64,000 bases of DNA from Amoebophrya sp. A120 (GCA_905178155.1 CAJINV010000005.1:2482054-2546053); one strand, 5' to 3'. Numbered from the stretch's first letter, positions 40,351-54,200 are shown. The notes: generated by a model not told the origin, from the sequence alone. A program made the numbers and translations.

Positions 40351-43300
40351 ATGACGGTCCTCTCCCGTCTTTCGCGGCGGGCGGGCCCCGGCCTCAGTTC
40401 GTCCGTGTCCTCCGCTAGCCGCGGAGGTGTGCTTCACCATTCCCGAAGATCAACACCGTCCTCAGCGTCGCACTGGAGGATCGTGTTGCTCAGCAATGGG
40501 GGAAGAACTACCACGAGGTCATTCTCCTCCCTGGAAACCTCACCCATCGTCTCCACGCTGCAGACCAAGATTCTCGCCTTGGCCGAGCAGAAAAAGGACG
40601 CAATTGCCATGATCAAGAAGCTATCCGCCGCAAACATGTTGTGCGAAGGACGCTGATCTTCATTTTTGTTGCGAAAGATAAAGAATTTTTGAAAATAGAG
40701 TCGCGCGGAGGTCTTCTGCAGGGCATAAAGTATGACGCATTTATTTGCAGTAGGGCAGCGGTTTAGTGCAAGCGATCTAGTCTGTCGCATGAAAACAAAA
40801 TCATAGCTGCTCCTCACGCATTTGAGATCGCCTGCTGGGCCTCTTCATACTCAGTGAAAATGTCACATGAGAAAAATTGAATCCAGAGGTCCCATCAAAC
40901 ATATTTGCAATCCCGATACCAGAGCGACGCAAAGGTTGGAGAGATCACCGCGGCACAGGTGTTTGGCGGCATGCGCGGCATGCCGGGGATGGTCACGGAA
41001 ACGAGTGACTTGCACCCGGAAAAGGGCATCACCTACCGTGGATACTCGCTGAAGGATGCAAACATAAAGTACGTTTCTACTTTTGATTTGTACTTATTTG
41101 CATCGACCTGGGATGATCGCGTTGCAGCTGTGTCATGGTATATGTAGACACATCAAACCACGTAGTTCGTTGATCCTGCGACAACAGTTGGTGAGAAAAG
41201 ACGCCAAAAACTTTTCAAAAAAAAGCTTCTCCTCCTTCCCAACCGACTGACATATAATTTCATTCACCTAGATTGCCGAAAGCCCCCGGCGGCGGCAAGC
41301 AGGGTTTACCGGAAGCCGCCTGGTGGCTGCTCCTCACCGGAGAGATACCAACAGACGCCGAAGTGAAGGAACTCGGGGCGGAGCTCACGAAGCGTGCACC
41401 CATTCCAGCACACGTTTTGAAGACACTCGCGGCGGTATAATTTTTTGATGTGCTTGAATATTGCGACTTGATTTGTATGAAAGAACGGAAAAGTGAATTT
41501 TTGATTGAAGTCAACGATGAATGCACGACTGATATACAATAATGTTTGAAACTTCATGACTCTTGCACAGGTTCCGACCACGGTGCACCCGATGACACAG
41601 CTTTCCATTTGTCTCCTGGCCCTGCAGTATCGCACTGAGATCTTTTTGAGGGGGGGAACGGAAGACCTAAATAATAAAAATGTCACCACAGAAGTCGTGC
41701 CATGAATTGAACTTGATAATTGAATCTGATGACTGGAAGTCAGGACCAGGAGGTCAAGAACGACTGCGTGAAAGTACTATCGAGAGCCCTTGCAACGTCG
41801 GCCGGCTTGTACTCCATGTCGCGACGATCACGTTGCGCAGTCTGAGAGGCAGGTGTCATAGTTCACCTAACTCTGGCAAACCCGTCAACAAGATCTCACC
41901 GCCATACCACGAGCGGCTCCAAATTTCACGCCGCTTACTCGGCCGGCGCGCTGAAAAAAACGGACTACTGGCAGTACGTCCTGGATGATTCCCTCACCCT
42001 GATTGCGCAGATCCCCACCGTCGCCGCGCACATCTACCGCCGGGTGTTCCACGACGGCAAGGTCCCCGCCTGGGACCCCAACGTCGACTGGGCGGGCAAC
42101 TACGCGAACATGCTCAACTGTGCCAAGCCGGGGAACGAGGAACCGTTTAGAGAAGTATAATGAGACTCAATTTTCTTTTTCACTGTTCTGACACTCATCC
42201 TTAGTTTTGATCCTGCTACTAGTTGTTGATATCTGGCATGTAGCACTGTGAAAATAAGAACCGACACACTGATGAAAAAAATCATTATCCAAAATCGTCC
42301 ACCTAGATCACCCGTCTCTACCTGATGCTCCACGCAGACCACGAGGGGGGAAATGTCAGTTCGCACATCACGCACACCTGCGGTTCCGCGTTGTCCGACC
42401 CCTTTATGTGCTGGGCCGCCGGAAACTGTGGCCTCGCCGGGCCCTTGCACGGGCTCGCGAACCAGGAATGTCTCCGATGGCTGAATGAGACCATGAAGTT
42501 GCTGGACGGTATAAACAACTATGTATAACATGTCAAGTTTACACTATATTATCCACCTAGTTGATGTCGCCCCCACAGACATGCACACACATGTTTGCTA
42601 GCTTCGCATGGCAGAAAAAAAACACATCTTCTCTATCAGGCAAGGAACCCACGGTAGAGAACGTGACGCAGATTGCGAAGGACACACTGGCTTCGGGCAA
42701 GGTCGTCCCGGGCTTCGGGCACGCCGTGCTCCGCGCCCCGGACCCGCGGTATATGCTGGAATACGAGTTCTGCAAGGAAAACCTCCCGAACGACCCCACG
42801 TTCAAACTGGCGGACATGTGCTACCAGGCCATCCCCCCGGTGCTGGAAGCGACGGGGAAGGTGAAAAACCCGTGGCCCAATTATCACAATGAAAAACGCC
42901 CCCACCTCCGAACTTGGGAGCATTTGTATTGCAAACCTTTCCAACAGAAACATTCGCCCTCTTGCATCTAGCAGCATCACAGATTTCCGATTGTGAATAG
43001 CGAAAATTTGTATTGCAACAGATCCCAGCAAGAGCGGCGCTTGTCATGCAAGCAATGCTATATACGCCTAGACTCTGCATCACAACGATTCATATTCCTT
43101 TCATGCATGACAAAAAGTTTTCATTTGGACACTTCGCAGCACAAATTATTTCCGCCTGACTCCACGACCTGGTGGCCGAACCATGTGCGGTGAGGTGCGC
43201 TTACAGGTTGTGTAGTGGTTTCGGTCGGTTTAGCATCACAAATTATTCCAACTTTGGGGGCGGGGGCATTTTTCACGGTAATACCCATGTGGATGCTTTG

Positions 43301-43474
43301 TCCGGCACAGTGATGCAGTACTACGGATTGACCGAGGCCGACTACTACACGGTCGTCTTTAGTGTCTCCCGTGTGCTCGGCGTCACAGCGCAACAAGTCT
43401 GGTCGCGGGTGATGGGCGTGCCTATTGAACGACCGAACTCCGTCACTTTGGACTGGATCAAGGAGAAGCTGTAG
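40351..43474 (+). CDS. CS: Citrate synthase, mitochondrial type (~502 aa), 7 introns
   Basis: Exons 40351-40620, 40923-41068, 41272-41434, 41571-41626, 41911-42154, 42307-42508, 42640-42880, 43288-43474 (1509 nt). Motifs [68 protein letters not shown]. The Ser/Arg-rich N-terminus resembles a transit peptide. Confidence 0.95.
40622..40918. mobile_element. Decayed introner in citrate synthase
   Basis: TATC...GATA ends, residual TIR gcaaacatgtt/aacatatttgc; removing element+5 nt keeps the frame. Confidence 0.6.
41628..41906. mobile_element. Decayed introner in citrate synthase
   Basis: TIR tatcgcactgagatctt / aagatctcaccgccata; flanks tgcag/ccacg; restores LALQSGSKF. Confidence 0.75.
42882..43283. 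mobile_element. Introner splitting the PNVD motif of citrate synthase
   Basis: TIR tatcacaatgaaaaacgccccc / gggggcatttttcacggtaata; TSD ccaat/cccat. Confidence 0.88.
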
Positions 43475-44551
43475 GAGGCTCCTGCGTTCGACCACGACGA
43501 AAACTTCGCAACACGTATAGATATCCATCGTATTTACAACGCAGCATGAAAGTGCGCGTACGATAATTTTTCCCTAGGACCTGCCGAATTGATCGAGGAC
43601 ACTAGCCGACGGCGAACATAGCCAATTTTAAGCTCGTCCAAGCAACCTTTCATGCTAGTCCTATGTATCTGTTATTTCCGTAGATTTTTTTCAATTAGTC
43701 GAACCAATTCTTCCCCGTGATATACAACAACATGTCCTCCTGCAACTTGAATCGAAGTAGAAGGAGAATCTGCAAAGATCTCGAACTTCGAGATCTCGGC
43801 TTGAATTAACGGAAAAACATCAAAGCCCCAAGCGAAAAAAATCATCTGATGTGCATCAATCACACACAAAGCGGGCCGAAGCAGTAGATGCGTATAAATA
43901 TAATTTCCTCTTCAGCAACTGCAGCTGTGCTGGTCGATATAATTTGTGACTCGCGGTCTAGTTGGACCGGATTAGTCACCTGGCACCAGGGGCAGCAACA
44001 CGCAGAGCATCTGATGTCTGCTCCTGGTCCTGGTGCTTCTAAAAATCGCAATTTTCTAGAAGCGAAACGAGTCTGCAACTGAGGCGCTGCAGAGCCAAGG
44101 TAAGTCGCAATATAAAAACCAAATTATAATAGAACAGTGATCACCATCACGATCACACTTCTAAATCTAGTATCGTGGTGTGCCTCTGAGGACACGAGCG
44201 CACGCGCAAGGGCAATGCGGTGCAGCGATGAACCTGGCTATTTCAGCTTGCTGCGAAATGTATGTGTTGAACAAGCCGCGGCGCAGGTCCCCGTCCTCAC
44301 CGCGGCACCGTTTGGCGAAGGTGTTCCCTGTTGTGAAGTACGTTAAGTAGTGCTTATGCCACATAGAAGTTCTATTTCATTATATCATGGTTGGACGATC
44401 CATGAGGACGTCGATCATAAAACGAAACGCATTTCTTCTTTTTTCAAACACTTTCTTCTAAGACGAGAGAGACAGAGTGAGAGATTTGTGACGAAGAAAT
44501 TTACGTGGTGCGGTGACCGGAAAAAAACTCTGGTGAAGTTTGCAGAATGTG

Positions 44552-44605
44552 GATGTGCTCATGCACCACACAAATATTAATATTTGTGTGGTGCATGAGC
44601 ACATC
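44552..44605. repeat. Perfect 54-bp spacerless palindrome
   Basis: GATGTGCTCATGCACCACACAAATATT|AATATTTGTGTGGTGCATGAGCACATC, intergenic. Confidence 0.95.
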
Positions 44606-45110
44606 TTCTAAGTAGGTCTATGTAGCTTGTTTGGACTGCACTAAACGTTTACCTATTTTCTTCCTTGTTTTTCCGTGGGAACAACTGAGCATGAGAGAAA
44701 AGCGATATCTTTGTCATGAAAAATTCACATTGAAATTAGCCAATTTGTCATGCAGAACCTGTAGGGAGCTTCATTATGTTCACCGAGATAGAAATTGAAA
44801 TCCTTGCAGTAAAGCACACGAAACACTTCTTTTTTCCTGCGATTATACTTTCGCTGAAGCCGAACCCGAAGCGAGTTTATCTTTATTCAAGTTCTACAAT
44901 CTGGGAGAACAACTGGATTGATATGCTTCCAGGGTACTAATCAAAAAAGAGGATCCTCGTATCTTGTTCTTGTCAAAGCAGTGCATTGGACAACGTGTGA
45001 CATAGAAGGAACCTCGGTACTACACCGACTCGAGTGACCTCGTCCCAGTATTTGTTATCAACGTTGGCACTGTATTAACTGGTGGACCTGCGCCTGCCCT
45101 TTGGTTCAAA

Positions 45111-47400
45111 ATGAAGGTTTCTCTTCTCGCAACGACCACGAGCCTCGCCCTGCAGGCCGTCGACCTGCATGCGCTCAAGGTTTATGAATTGCAACAGTAT
45201 CGTCCTCGTGCTGAAACTAACGACAAATTTTTAGCATAAATTGCATGACAAATTTATTTGAAAACCAGTTGTGAATGTGATGCAGAAGCAGATTCAAGTA
45301 AAAGTAGAAGCAGCTCTGTCATGCAACTGCAAGACTAAATTCAAAATTTTGAATATTTACGAACGAGTGCGATATTTTTGCACAGGATGAGGCTCTCACC
45401 AGCAACCAGCAGACCCCTGTCCAGGGCCAGCCAGCCAGCATGCCGGCCTTGGCCGCCTGCACTTGCGTTAATGCGAAATCGACGTATGCATCGGAATGAA
45501 TATGTTTACGGGTTGGGAAACAAAAACTTGTGCTGTTCTTTCGAATCAATATGAATATGTTGCAATGATGTAAAATACAAAGAAGTTTTGGTAGGGGTAG
45601 GGCACTGTAGCCTGAGCGAACTGCGAGCGTATAAATAGTTGTAAGGTGGGCACTGCGATTGGCAGCCGAGACCGAGATGTTTTTGGATATCATGCATTAG
45701 TTACAGATCACGATAATTCTGCACGAAGGAGAGGTTTAAGTGGGTACAACTTTCTCTCTCCCTTCCGCCCCGCCACGATGCATGACACTGCTTTGGAGAT
45801 GAGTCATGCCAGCCGAGCATGACAAACGTTGTTGCAATATCCCAGACCCAGGCAATTTTGCTGTCGATATTGGTACTGCCCTTGGCGAAGTCGGCACCGA
45901 TCAGAAATGGCTCACCCAGCAGGACGACGATACGGAATATGGAAAGCTCTACGCGTATTGTAATATTATCGTGATGCTGATGGTGATCTTTAACCTTATG
46001 TATCGTTCTTTCATTCTTGAATATGAATTATCAATTTCATATATGACTACATCGACATGAGTATCGGAGTTCAGTTAATTTTCATCTTTTTTCATCAAAC
46101 AAAGCAGCGTGTATAATTTTGAAAAAAACCTTAACCTATGAAATGTATTAACGACAGCTCCGGTGGCGACAACTACTTTGCAGGGGGCGTCAAGGACGCC
46201 AAGGGCTTGAACAACTACGGGGAGTTTTGTGCCGCCTGGGAAGACGTCACCGCGGACCTCAACGACGGCACCAACAGTGCAAAAGGAGTTGCCGGAATGA
46301 ACAAGGACTGCGCAGTATCACATGGAAAAAAGGACAAAAAATTAGGAAATCATATTTGCATGTGGAAAAACTACACAGCCTTCACCTTCAGACATAGATA
46401 GTGCGTAGTTTCTTTTTGATTTTGCATAATCTTTAAAAGTCAAAAAAATTTGAATTTCATGTTCCACCTTTTTTCCGGAGGATATGCAGACACTGCCACG
46501 CGGCCGAACTGGTGCAGCAAAAAATGGTGCTACGTCATATGGTCGCAAACTCAGGTGTTATAATCATCTCAACTGTTACAAAGAAAATGGGAGCTCAATA
46601 TTGTGGACCACCCGAGGTCGAGGAGAAAATGCACAATATTCTGTGTCTTGCATGACAGAGCCAAGATATTGTAACTACATCTGAGCGGGCTATACGTCAG
46701 ATTGGAAACGGAGACCCCCGGAACCGTCAAAATCGAGAGAGACCCGCTCGACAGCAACGCGCCGGGAAACCCCGTGGGTCCGGGCTGCACCGGGCTCAGT
46801 GACGTGACCTTCTCCAAGATATCCAGGAAGAAAATGTGTACGTGTTAGTGTAGGTGCCTTTTCAAAAGGCGGCAGAAATTGTGTGTGTGTCGCTCGCATG
46901 ACAGAAAAGACCTGTGATGCGTAGCTAGCATACGTGAAAACGCGACGCATGGGTTCTATGGATTGGCAAGTGTCGTGATTGTTCTTGGCATTTCTGCATC
47001 AGAGAAGTCTATACACCAGCACAGTTTTTGTTCTTGCATACCAGATCCAGGACAGCTACACTATGACTTGCTCAGGCGGAACAATCTCATCAGCTGGAAC
47101 GATTTTTGAATGTGATGCAAAACGCGAATCAGATTTTCTAGTCCTCGTGGTTTTTATTGGCATGACGAACTTGGTATCAAAGTCAAACAACTCTAAGCCG
47201 CACGGAAATTTTTACCCGTACAAAATCCTAAATCTGCCCTGCGGAGCTGCCGGGAAACGGAGCAGTTGACTTTCCTTCTGCAGCCATTTATGCATGACAG
47301 ATTTCATTTGGTTTATTTCTGCATTGTTCCACTTCAGATTGCTGCAGCTGAACACGGCATACAGATCTGGTACTCCTACCAGATGTGCGAAAAAGTCTAA
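45111..47400 (+). CDS. Secreted Cys/Trp-rich module protein, paralog 1 (~207 aa), 7 introns
   Basis: Exons 45111-45179, 45386-45483, 45874-45954, 46158-46314, 46489-46536, 46699-46818, 47045-47060, 47366-47400 (624 nt). Signal-like MKVSLLATTTSLAL; CTCV..YGEFCAAWED..RPNWCSKKWCYV..GPGC..DVT..WYSYQMC. Confidence 0.8.
45485..45869. mobile_element. Decayed family-1 introner
   Basis: Right end cccagacccaggcaattttgctgtcgata; left TIR degenerate; element+5 nt keeps the frame. Confidence 0.65.
46316..46484. mobile_element. Introner
   Basis: TIR tatc..ggaaaaaagg / ccttttttcc..gata; TSD cgcag/tgcag. Confidence 0.8.
46538..46694. mobile_element. Introner related to 52364-52615
   Basis: TSD cgtca/cgtca; ctcaggtgtta / ctgagcgggctata ends. 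Confidence 0.8.
46820..47040. mobile_element. Decayed introner
   Basis: TAT...ATA ends, weak TIR, TSD caaga/ccaga. Confidence 0.7.
47062..47361. mobile_element. Decayed introner
   Basis: TATG...CATA ends; element+5 nt removal gives DSYIWYSY. Confidence 0.55.
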
Positions 47401-48509
47401 ACACTATGCGACGTCGTTCGGTGGTCAGAAGGAAGATCTTGGCGCGTGTCGGGATATCAAAATAAAGTACTACAGCTGACGAGGTTACTTGACGAGAAAA
47501 ATAAGGAGGCAATGGAATGAATTTCCTAGCATGTCACTAGATATTTTTCAAGCGACGTCGCACCAAATTTTTATGCAGAGGACCGATTTCGTGTCCGTAT
47601 CTTATTTTAAAGCGTGACTATAATTCAATTTTTCTATTGAAAAGAAAAGAAAATGAAAATGGGAAGAAATATACGACAACTCGTTGGCTGTCCTTCAGCC
47701 GATGTAAACAGCAAACAGAATAGCAGTTCAGCAACACGCCTGCAAAACGTGCCAAGACTTAGATAGACTAGCAACTGTGATTATGAAGATCACCATGTAA
47801 TTGATTGCCAAGCAATTGAAAACACGAACGACCATGGAAAAAATGCAGAACATCGGAAATCTAAATCCGTATTGCCATACAGAAATCAGTATTGCACATG
47901 AAAATCGTTTAACGATGAACCGTGGACAAAACAGGTTGTATGCTTTCACACCAAGAGAGGCCAAAGTCGACGCGGCGACCGCTTCCTGATACGAATACGG
48001 AGCGCATTTCATCGCATTTCCAACGCTTTCCGTTAAAGGTTTCTGACTGTCACAATGAGATTAGAGATGATCATTAGAGCGGAACAAAAGTAATCACACT
48101 ATTGAAATAGAAGATTTGGAGTTTTGCTTTATGTGACGATAGTTCGGAGGACCAACGGCGCGCAAGTACTTACTGCTTCCAGCCAAATTGCGTCGAGAGT
48201 GCAAGAGCAGTAGACCACGAGGGAGGGCGTAAAATTGTACAACCGCGCGACGGTGGAGGACACGACCGCTGTCTTCCACGGATTCTTGTTTTCTATTGCT
48301 TTTTCAGAGTTCTTTGAAGTGTAGGGATCTTCTGAACAATCATAGTATCGCTTGAACGGGACGATAAGAAAAAGAATAATTGCAAAGAGCAACACTGTTT
48401 GTCGTTGCCTTCCGGACCGCCAATCCAAGAAAGGTCTTTGCTACGGCGCGGAGGAAGGCAGCCGCTCCTCGTTCTCTTCGGTGTGTGGGTCTCAGGAAGG
48501 GTGAAACTC

Positions 48510-50016
48510 ATGGGGCGACCGAACCGCGTCCTTGCCCTCGGGCCCCTACTGGCGCTGCCGCACCAAACGACCTTGGCGATCCAACTGGACACGCCCCCAA
48601 CTACTGTGGGTGGAGTAGCGAAGGTGGCGGCAACATCTGCATCGCCTGCAAAGAAGATGAAATCCGGAGCCGCAAAGACCTCCAAGCCGACTACAGTGGC
48701 GTTAGCAGCTGTGAAAAAAACCGATAGTACGAGTGCATCAACCACGAAGGGGGCCAGTAAGCAGCTTCCGATCGTTGCAGCACCGAAGAAAAACCTCAGC
48801 CTCACACTGGTCGGAGGCCGTGCCGCGAAAAAGCAGAAAACTACAGCAGTCAAGAAAAAGGCGGTGGATCCAACCTGCAAGTGTGTCAACTGGAAATTAC
48901 GATCCTGTGCAAAGCTGTATCGTAAACTTGGAAATGAGTTGCACGTCTTCCTGCATGATGACCGATCTGTTCGTTTCCCTAAATGCGCATGACCTAGTAC
49001 ACAATTAGTGCGATACAACGCATTTGCAATGCATAGTTGGACCCCGATGACGATGGAACCCTTACTAACGTGGTAAAGAACAGTCCGAATGATCCTGAAA
49101 ATGCGGTTGCTGGCGGTACTATCCAATGTGCATGTGTAGTCTGGGTCGTCTGGAACAATAAACTTGTGATGCTCGTCAAGTGTGGTTGAGTCGGACACTT
49201 TCAAGTGGTCCCAAGCATGAATACTTTTTCTGACGTTGACTCGAACCTCCTTTGCCGGTCATCCAATGCAGATTCCTTCGAGAATTATGCAAGACACACA
49301 ATACAAGTTTCACATTATAGTTTGAGACTCAGACATACTTGCAATCCACAAGAACTCAGGAATGGATCACTCCGCAGAAGGACGACACAGAATACGGAAA
49401 AGTCATATCACACAGAAAAAAAGCTAGCACATCACGTTTGGAAGAATCATGCAAAAATTTCTCTTGCTCATGCTGAGCTCGAGCGCCACTAAATACTTGC
49501 TATGGTCCCTCCCATCAGACGTATTCTCGTGTACTCGTTTTTGCATATACAAGTCTGTCACTGCTGTGCTAGCTTTTATTTTCTCTCTGATAAGCTTACG
49601 TGAAAAAGTACAAGGGGGCCCCGAACTACGGCGAGTACTGTGCAGCGTGGGAGGATAACACGGCTACCACGCTCGGAGCGACGGACGCAGGGTTGATCAA
49701 CACAGCGACAGGGGTCGCACCGGAGACGACGGGCAAGAGTGGCATGCACGAGGACTGCGAGGGCACGGCAGCAACGCGGCCCAAGTGGTGTATGAAAAAG
49801 TGGTGCTACGTCCGACTGAATGGCAACGCAGCGAACACCGATCCCCACCAGAAAGACAACGGCAAGATCATCACGAAGCCGCTCGACAGCAACGCACCGG
49901 GGCAGCCAGACGGGCCCAACTGCGCTACCCTAAGCGATGTCACCATCTCCAAGTACCAGGACAGCTACGTGTGGTGGTCTTACCAGATCTGCGACGATGT
50001 AGCCGATCCGGCGTAG
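48510..50016 (+). CDS. Secreted Cys/Trp-rich module protein, paralog 2
   Basis: Signal-like MGRPNRVLALGPLLAL, Lys/Ala/Thr-rich stalk, CKCVN; last exon YGEYCAAWED..RPKWCMKKWCYV..GPNC..WWSYQIC. The start codon and the junction across ~49119-49600 are unresolved. Confidence 0.7.
48898..49035. mobile_element. Decayed family-3-like introner
   Basis: Right end agtgcgatac..tttgcaatgcata resembles family 3; TSD eroded. Confidence 0.55.
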
Positions 50017-51219
50017 GAGCTGCGCACCTCATCTTCGGGTGAAGCAGAAGAAGAAGAGCTTTGATGCAGTCTGCAAATTTATACAAAAAGCGACGAAGAG
50101 TGGTATTTGCACATACAAAAAAAAACAAGTTTAGAAGCATAACGCTTGTTCGTGTTCGTAGGTTGGGTAAAAAGACCTACCAGATTGTCGCGCTCGCTTT
50201 TTTTGCAAAGGAAAACAATTAGATTAAGGACGACGTAGCAGTCCGCTTTTGCGGAAAATAAAACACAAAAGATTTCAGAAATTCAGCAAAGATGCTAAAG
50301 CCAGTCACAAAATAAACTGTATATTGTAATCGACGGGGGTACCATAAGTGCGATTACTCACGTTGCCAAGCAACAAACAGAAAGCATATTTATGCCTTGC
50401 CCTCGCCCGGGAGAAGCAAAGGTAAAGGATCTGCATGACGATGATAAAAAAGATACAGTTTGTCGACAAATGCATTGTACACATATTTTCACACGACAGA
50501 CACAGCAAGCCTGTGTCCTTTAACACACACCCACTTCACCTGACACCTGCTGGTGGTGTAACTCACACTCATGTTCTGGGTGCGCGTGCGCGGCTCGTGT
50601 GGTGGTGGTTCACCTCAGGCCGGTTTTCTGCTCGTCACGTCTTCCGGGCTAAGCAACGAAGAACGCAGGGGGCGGGCGAGAGGGAGAGCGACCACCTGCG
50701 GTCTCCCGCCGGGGGAGGGTGAACAAAGAGAAACAAGAGAGGAAAAGCTTGTGCTTCAAGTAATTCTAGTACTACAGCTACAAATTAAGAACACAATGTA
50801 TTACGTAACGCAACGCTTCACCCGCCGCGCTGACAGGACCTTCGAGGATTCATGTTTAGTACTTTGAACATGAGAAGGGTCACAAGAGAGTGGGTTCTCG
50901 TTTTGATAAGACATGCCGCTGCACACCAAACGTAGGTGGTCGCGAATAAAGACCTAGTAATCGAGTACGCACTTCATAAGGATACTACAAAAATGTCGTA
51001 CAAGCAAAGAAAACTCGGCCGCCGAGCGGCGTGCCGAGGAGGGGAAGCAGTAACTAATTTTTTGAGGACCTCTCTACAACAGTTCTAGCTGCTGCCTCCA
51101 CAGGAGCCGAGGCCGCCCTACTACTTATTTGCCCACGTAAAAAGGCGGCGCACACCATTCCGGAGCTGGAGCCATGTAGTTGGGGTTTTTATTGTTCTTG
51201 GTGTCAGACTGTCTCTGTC

Positions 51220-54200
51220 ATGCGGGAACGCCGACCCAGCTTCGCAACCGCACCTCTCGGGACGCGAGTCGTGGCTGCGACCCTGCTCGTCTTAACCGGA
51301 TGCTCAGTTGGGTTGAATCTTCAGCACGAAACACGAACTCTGCGACAGTACGCGAACAAGAAAGCAGGAGGATCTAGTACAAGAACAGGCAGGAAGGTGA
51401 CCACGCATGCGACAGCACGGAGCAAGCGTGAAGCGAAAGTACTGAACGAAAAGACTACAAGGAAAAAATTCGACTTTCTGAAGTTCCTCCGGGACAAGCT
51501 GGGCGTCGGGTTGTTTTCGAAGGTTAACGACGTCAGCGCAGCGCAAAAGCGCGACAGCACCACTGGATCTGCATCGTTCTCAACGGGGGAGGAAGAACAA
51601 GAAGTGTGGCGCCAACTCGGAGAAATCATTACCCCAGAAAACTACCTTCGTACGCCGTTGGAGCTTAGTACGTTGACGCACGCAGCGAAACAGAGGCGAG
51701 CAGCAGCAGCGGAAGGAAGTAGTGACTCAACGAAGAAGAAAGCCATCGGAAAGTGCATGTGCGTCGGTCAGTCGGACTACGCCGATACGAAGCACGCTAT
51801 CACCAAGCCGGCCCACCAAGACTGGATATCAAATGTAAAAGTGTCTGGGTCTGGAAGGGTTGGAACTTGTGATGCGAACTCTGGCACACACAAAAATTTG
51901 TGTTGCATGAGCGCCAAAAGCTGTCCATTTCTTGGCACGCAAGTAGGAAGTTTCTCATGCGGGACAGGCATCATGAGGCGTGCTCAAAACCTGTGATGCT
52001 TTTGCCTGCATCAGACGCCACTTGCGTGATCCGAAATATGCATGGCAAATCTCAGAATTTTCCAGACCCAGACGTTTTTACATTTGATACTGGATCACAG
52101 CAAACAACAACGACTCCATCGCCCCCCATTGGCAGATATCCTGTGCAAAAGTATCGCACTCGTAGTAATCGCAGTCATGCGTGACAAATCTTGTTTCTTA
52201 GCGAAATCAGCATTACAAATTGCATTTTTCCTTCTGAAAAAATTTGTATTGCGATTTATACTAGTGCGATAATTTTGCAATGCATAGCAGAACGCCAACG
52301 GAACGCTGATAGGAAAATCGAAGTGGGGCGGCGAAAACAGCAACGACACCATCTACGGCCAACTATAACCCGCTCAGGTGTTACAATCTCAAACGTTACA
52401 ATAGAATATGGAAATCTGTGACGCAAGAGCGCATGATCTAGCCAATTCGCATAGGATTGCGCATGACAAGTTCCGGAGCTTCAAACCCCACTGCAATGTG
52501 GCGAAATTTGTATTGCAGAAAGTGGAACGCTCTGCGCGTCTGTGATGCTCATCATGCAACACAGCTCTCAGATTCTAATGTAACGTTTGAGATTGTAACA
52601 CCTGAGCGGGTTATACCAACTTTACGAGTATTTTTGTTTGATGTGGGTGTCGTGATCATTGAAAGATACACATGGTTCCCATCGCAGATTTGATCAATCA
52701 TCGACTGCGCAAATTAACTAAATGGACATGATGGAGGAATAAATGCAGCATTGAGTACCACAACTGCTACTGAGTTGGCAGAAAAAACATTGAAGAACTT
52801 CTGATCATCAAATACATGATCAGGCACAAGTACGGCGGGGGCCCTAACTACGGAGAATACTGCTTTGCCTGGGAGGATATAATGAAGCAGAACACGGCTG
52901 GTGGAATTATGGCCTGCTCTTGCTGAGACGATGACGATCGCAACTAGAACAATGATTATGATGCATGTGCCGGAGCGGAAATAAAGTGTTTTGCGTACTA
53001 GTGAAGCGTCTTCAAAGTAGCAGGGAGGTGCAGCTTCGCATTAGATTTTGTACGCATTGCAATGCGAATGTCTTGCCAAGGAGCGATGCGGATGACTTGA
53101 CACCAGATTATCAGAAGTAGCATGATCCGCACTCCATGATCCTGCATCCCAAATGGTTCCAAATGCGAAGATCGTTCGAGCTGGGCACCACGCCATAGTA
53201 CCCGACCACGCGTTTTACGGCAAGGCAGGCATCAACAAGCAGTGCAACGACACGATGAGGCGCCCCCGCTGGTGCGTGCAGGACTGGTGCTACCTGAAAC
53301 AAGCGGATCCCATGACCCCCGACGGCGAGATATCCTGTGTAGAAACGTCCCCACCCCACCCCCAGAGTTGTCATGCAAATCTGCATGCCAAAAAAGTTTC
53401 TCATGCGGACTGGTTGGTACTTTTATTGGGGCGACTTGCCGTGGTAGCGCTCGGCTTTTGTATGTGGAGGTCGCCGAAAGTGCTTCCTCGCCCACCCCCC
53501 GGGGAGGGGATCCTTGACCTGTGCCGCTGGGTGCGGGTGTCCACTACATGACGATGATGATGCGGAGCCCCATGAGAGCGAGAGCCATTTTCTAGTCGTG
53601 TTTTGGAATTTTTGACTCTAGAATCAGCATGATATGCCAGATCTGTGATGCTTCGGAACTAGCTAAACAGGATTACACTACAAGGACAAACTTGATGTCA
53701 TGCGAAACATCCGAAGCTGGTTGATTTGTCTAGTAGATTACCCATTTTGACTCTGGTGTGGAGACGTTTTTACTCAGGACGCGAGATACTGAAAACGGAC
53801 CCGAATACCGGACCGCAGTGCGACAATGTCGCAGACGTGGTATGAGAGTGCACAACTCCACCCCCTCCCCCTCATTTGTTGGGCATGAACATTATTACAA
53901 ACACCAGTACAGGTGGACGTGGACCCTGTGCATGACAAGCTCCTGCGCCGAGTGTAGTACTATTTGGATTTCCGGAACTGGTCATGCACGCGGTGCCACA
54001 AGGAAGCAACTGGATTTGAGTTTTTGCATGGCATCAAATGAGGGTGAGGGTGAGTTGGGCACTGTCATACGTGACGCTGAGCGGCTACAAAGACTCCTAC
54101 CTCTGGTACTCCTACGACTTCTGTTCCTATCATGGAAGCGTCAGGATTGAAATCGTCAGAGTTGAAATAAGTTGTAATGCATAAACGGGATGCCCGTTGG

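Noticed and set aside
43888-44346. Possible small gene with a GTAAGT donor near 44100
   Set aside because: No coherent ORF or homology could be built.
48293-49204. 303-aa minus-strand ORF, and other long antisense ORFs such as 15527-16339 and 30964-31722
   Set aside because: They are shadows of GC-rich + strand exons and show no recognisable motifs.
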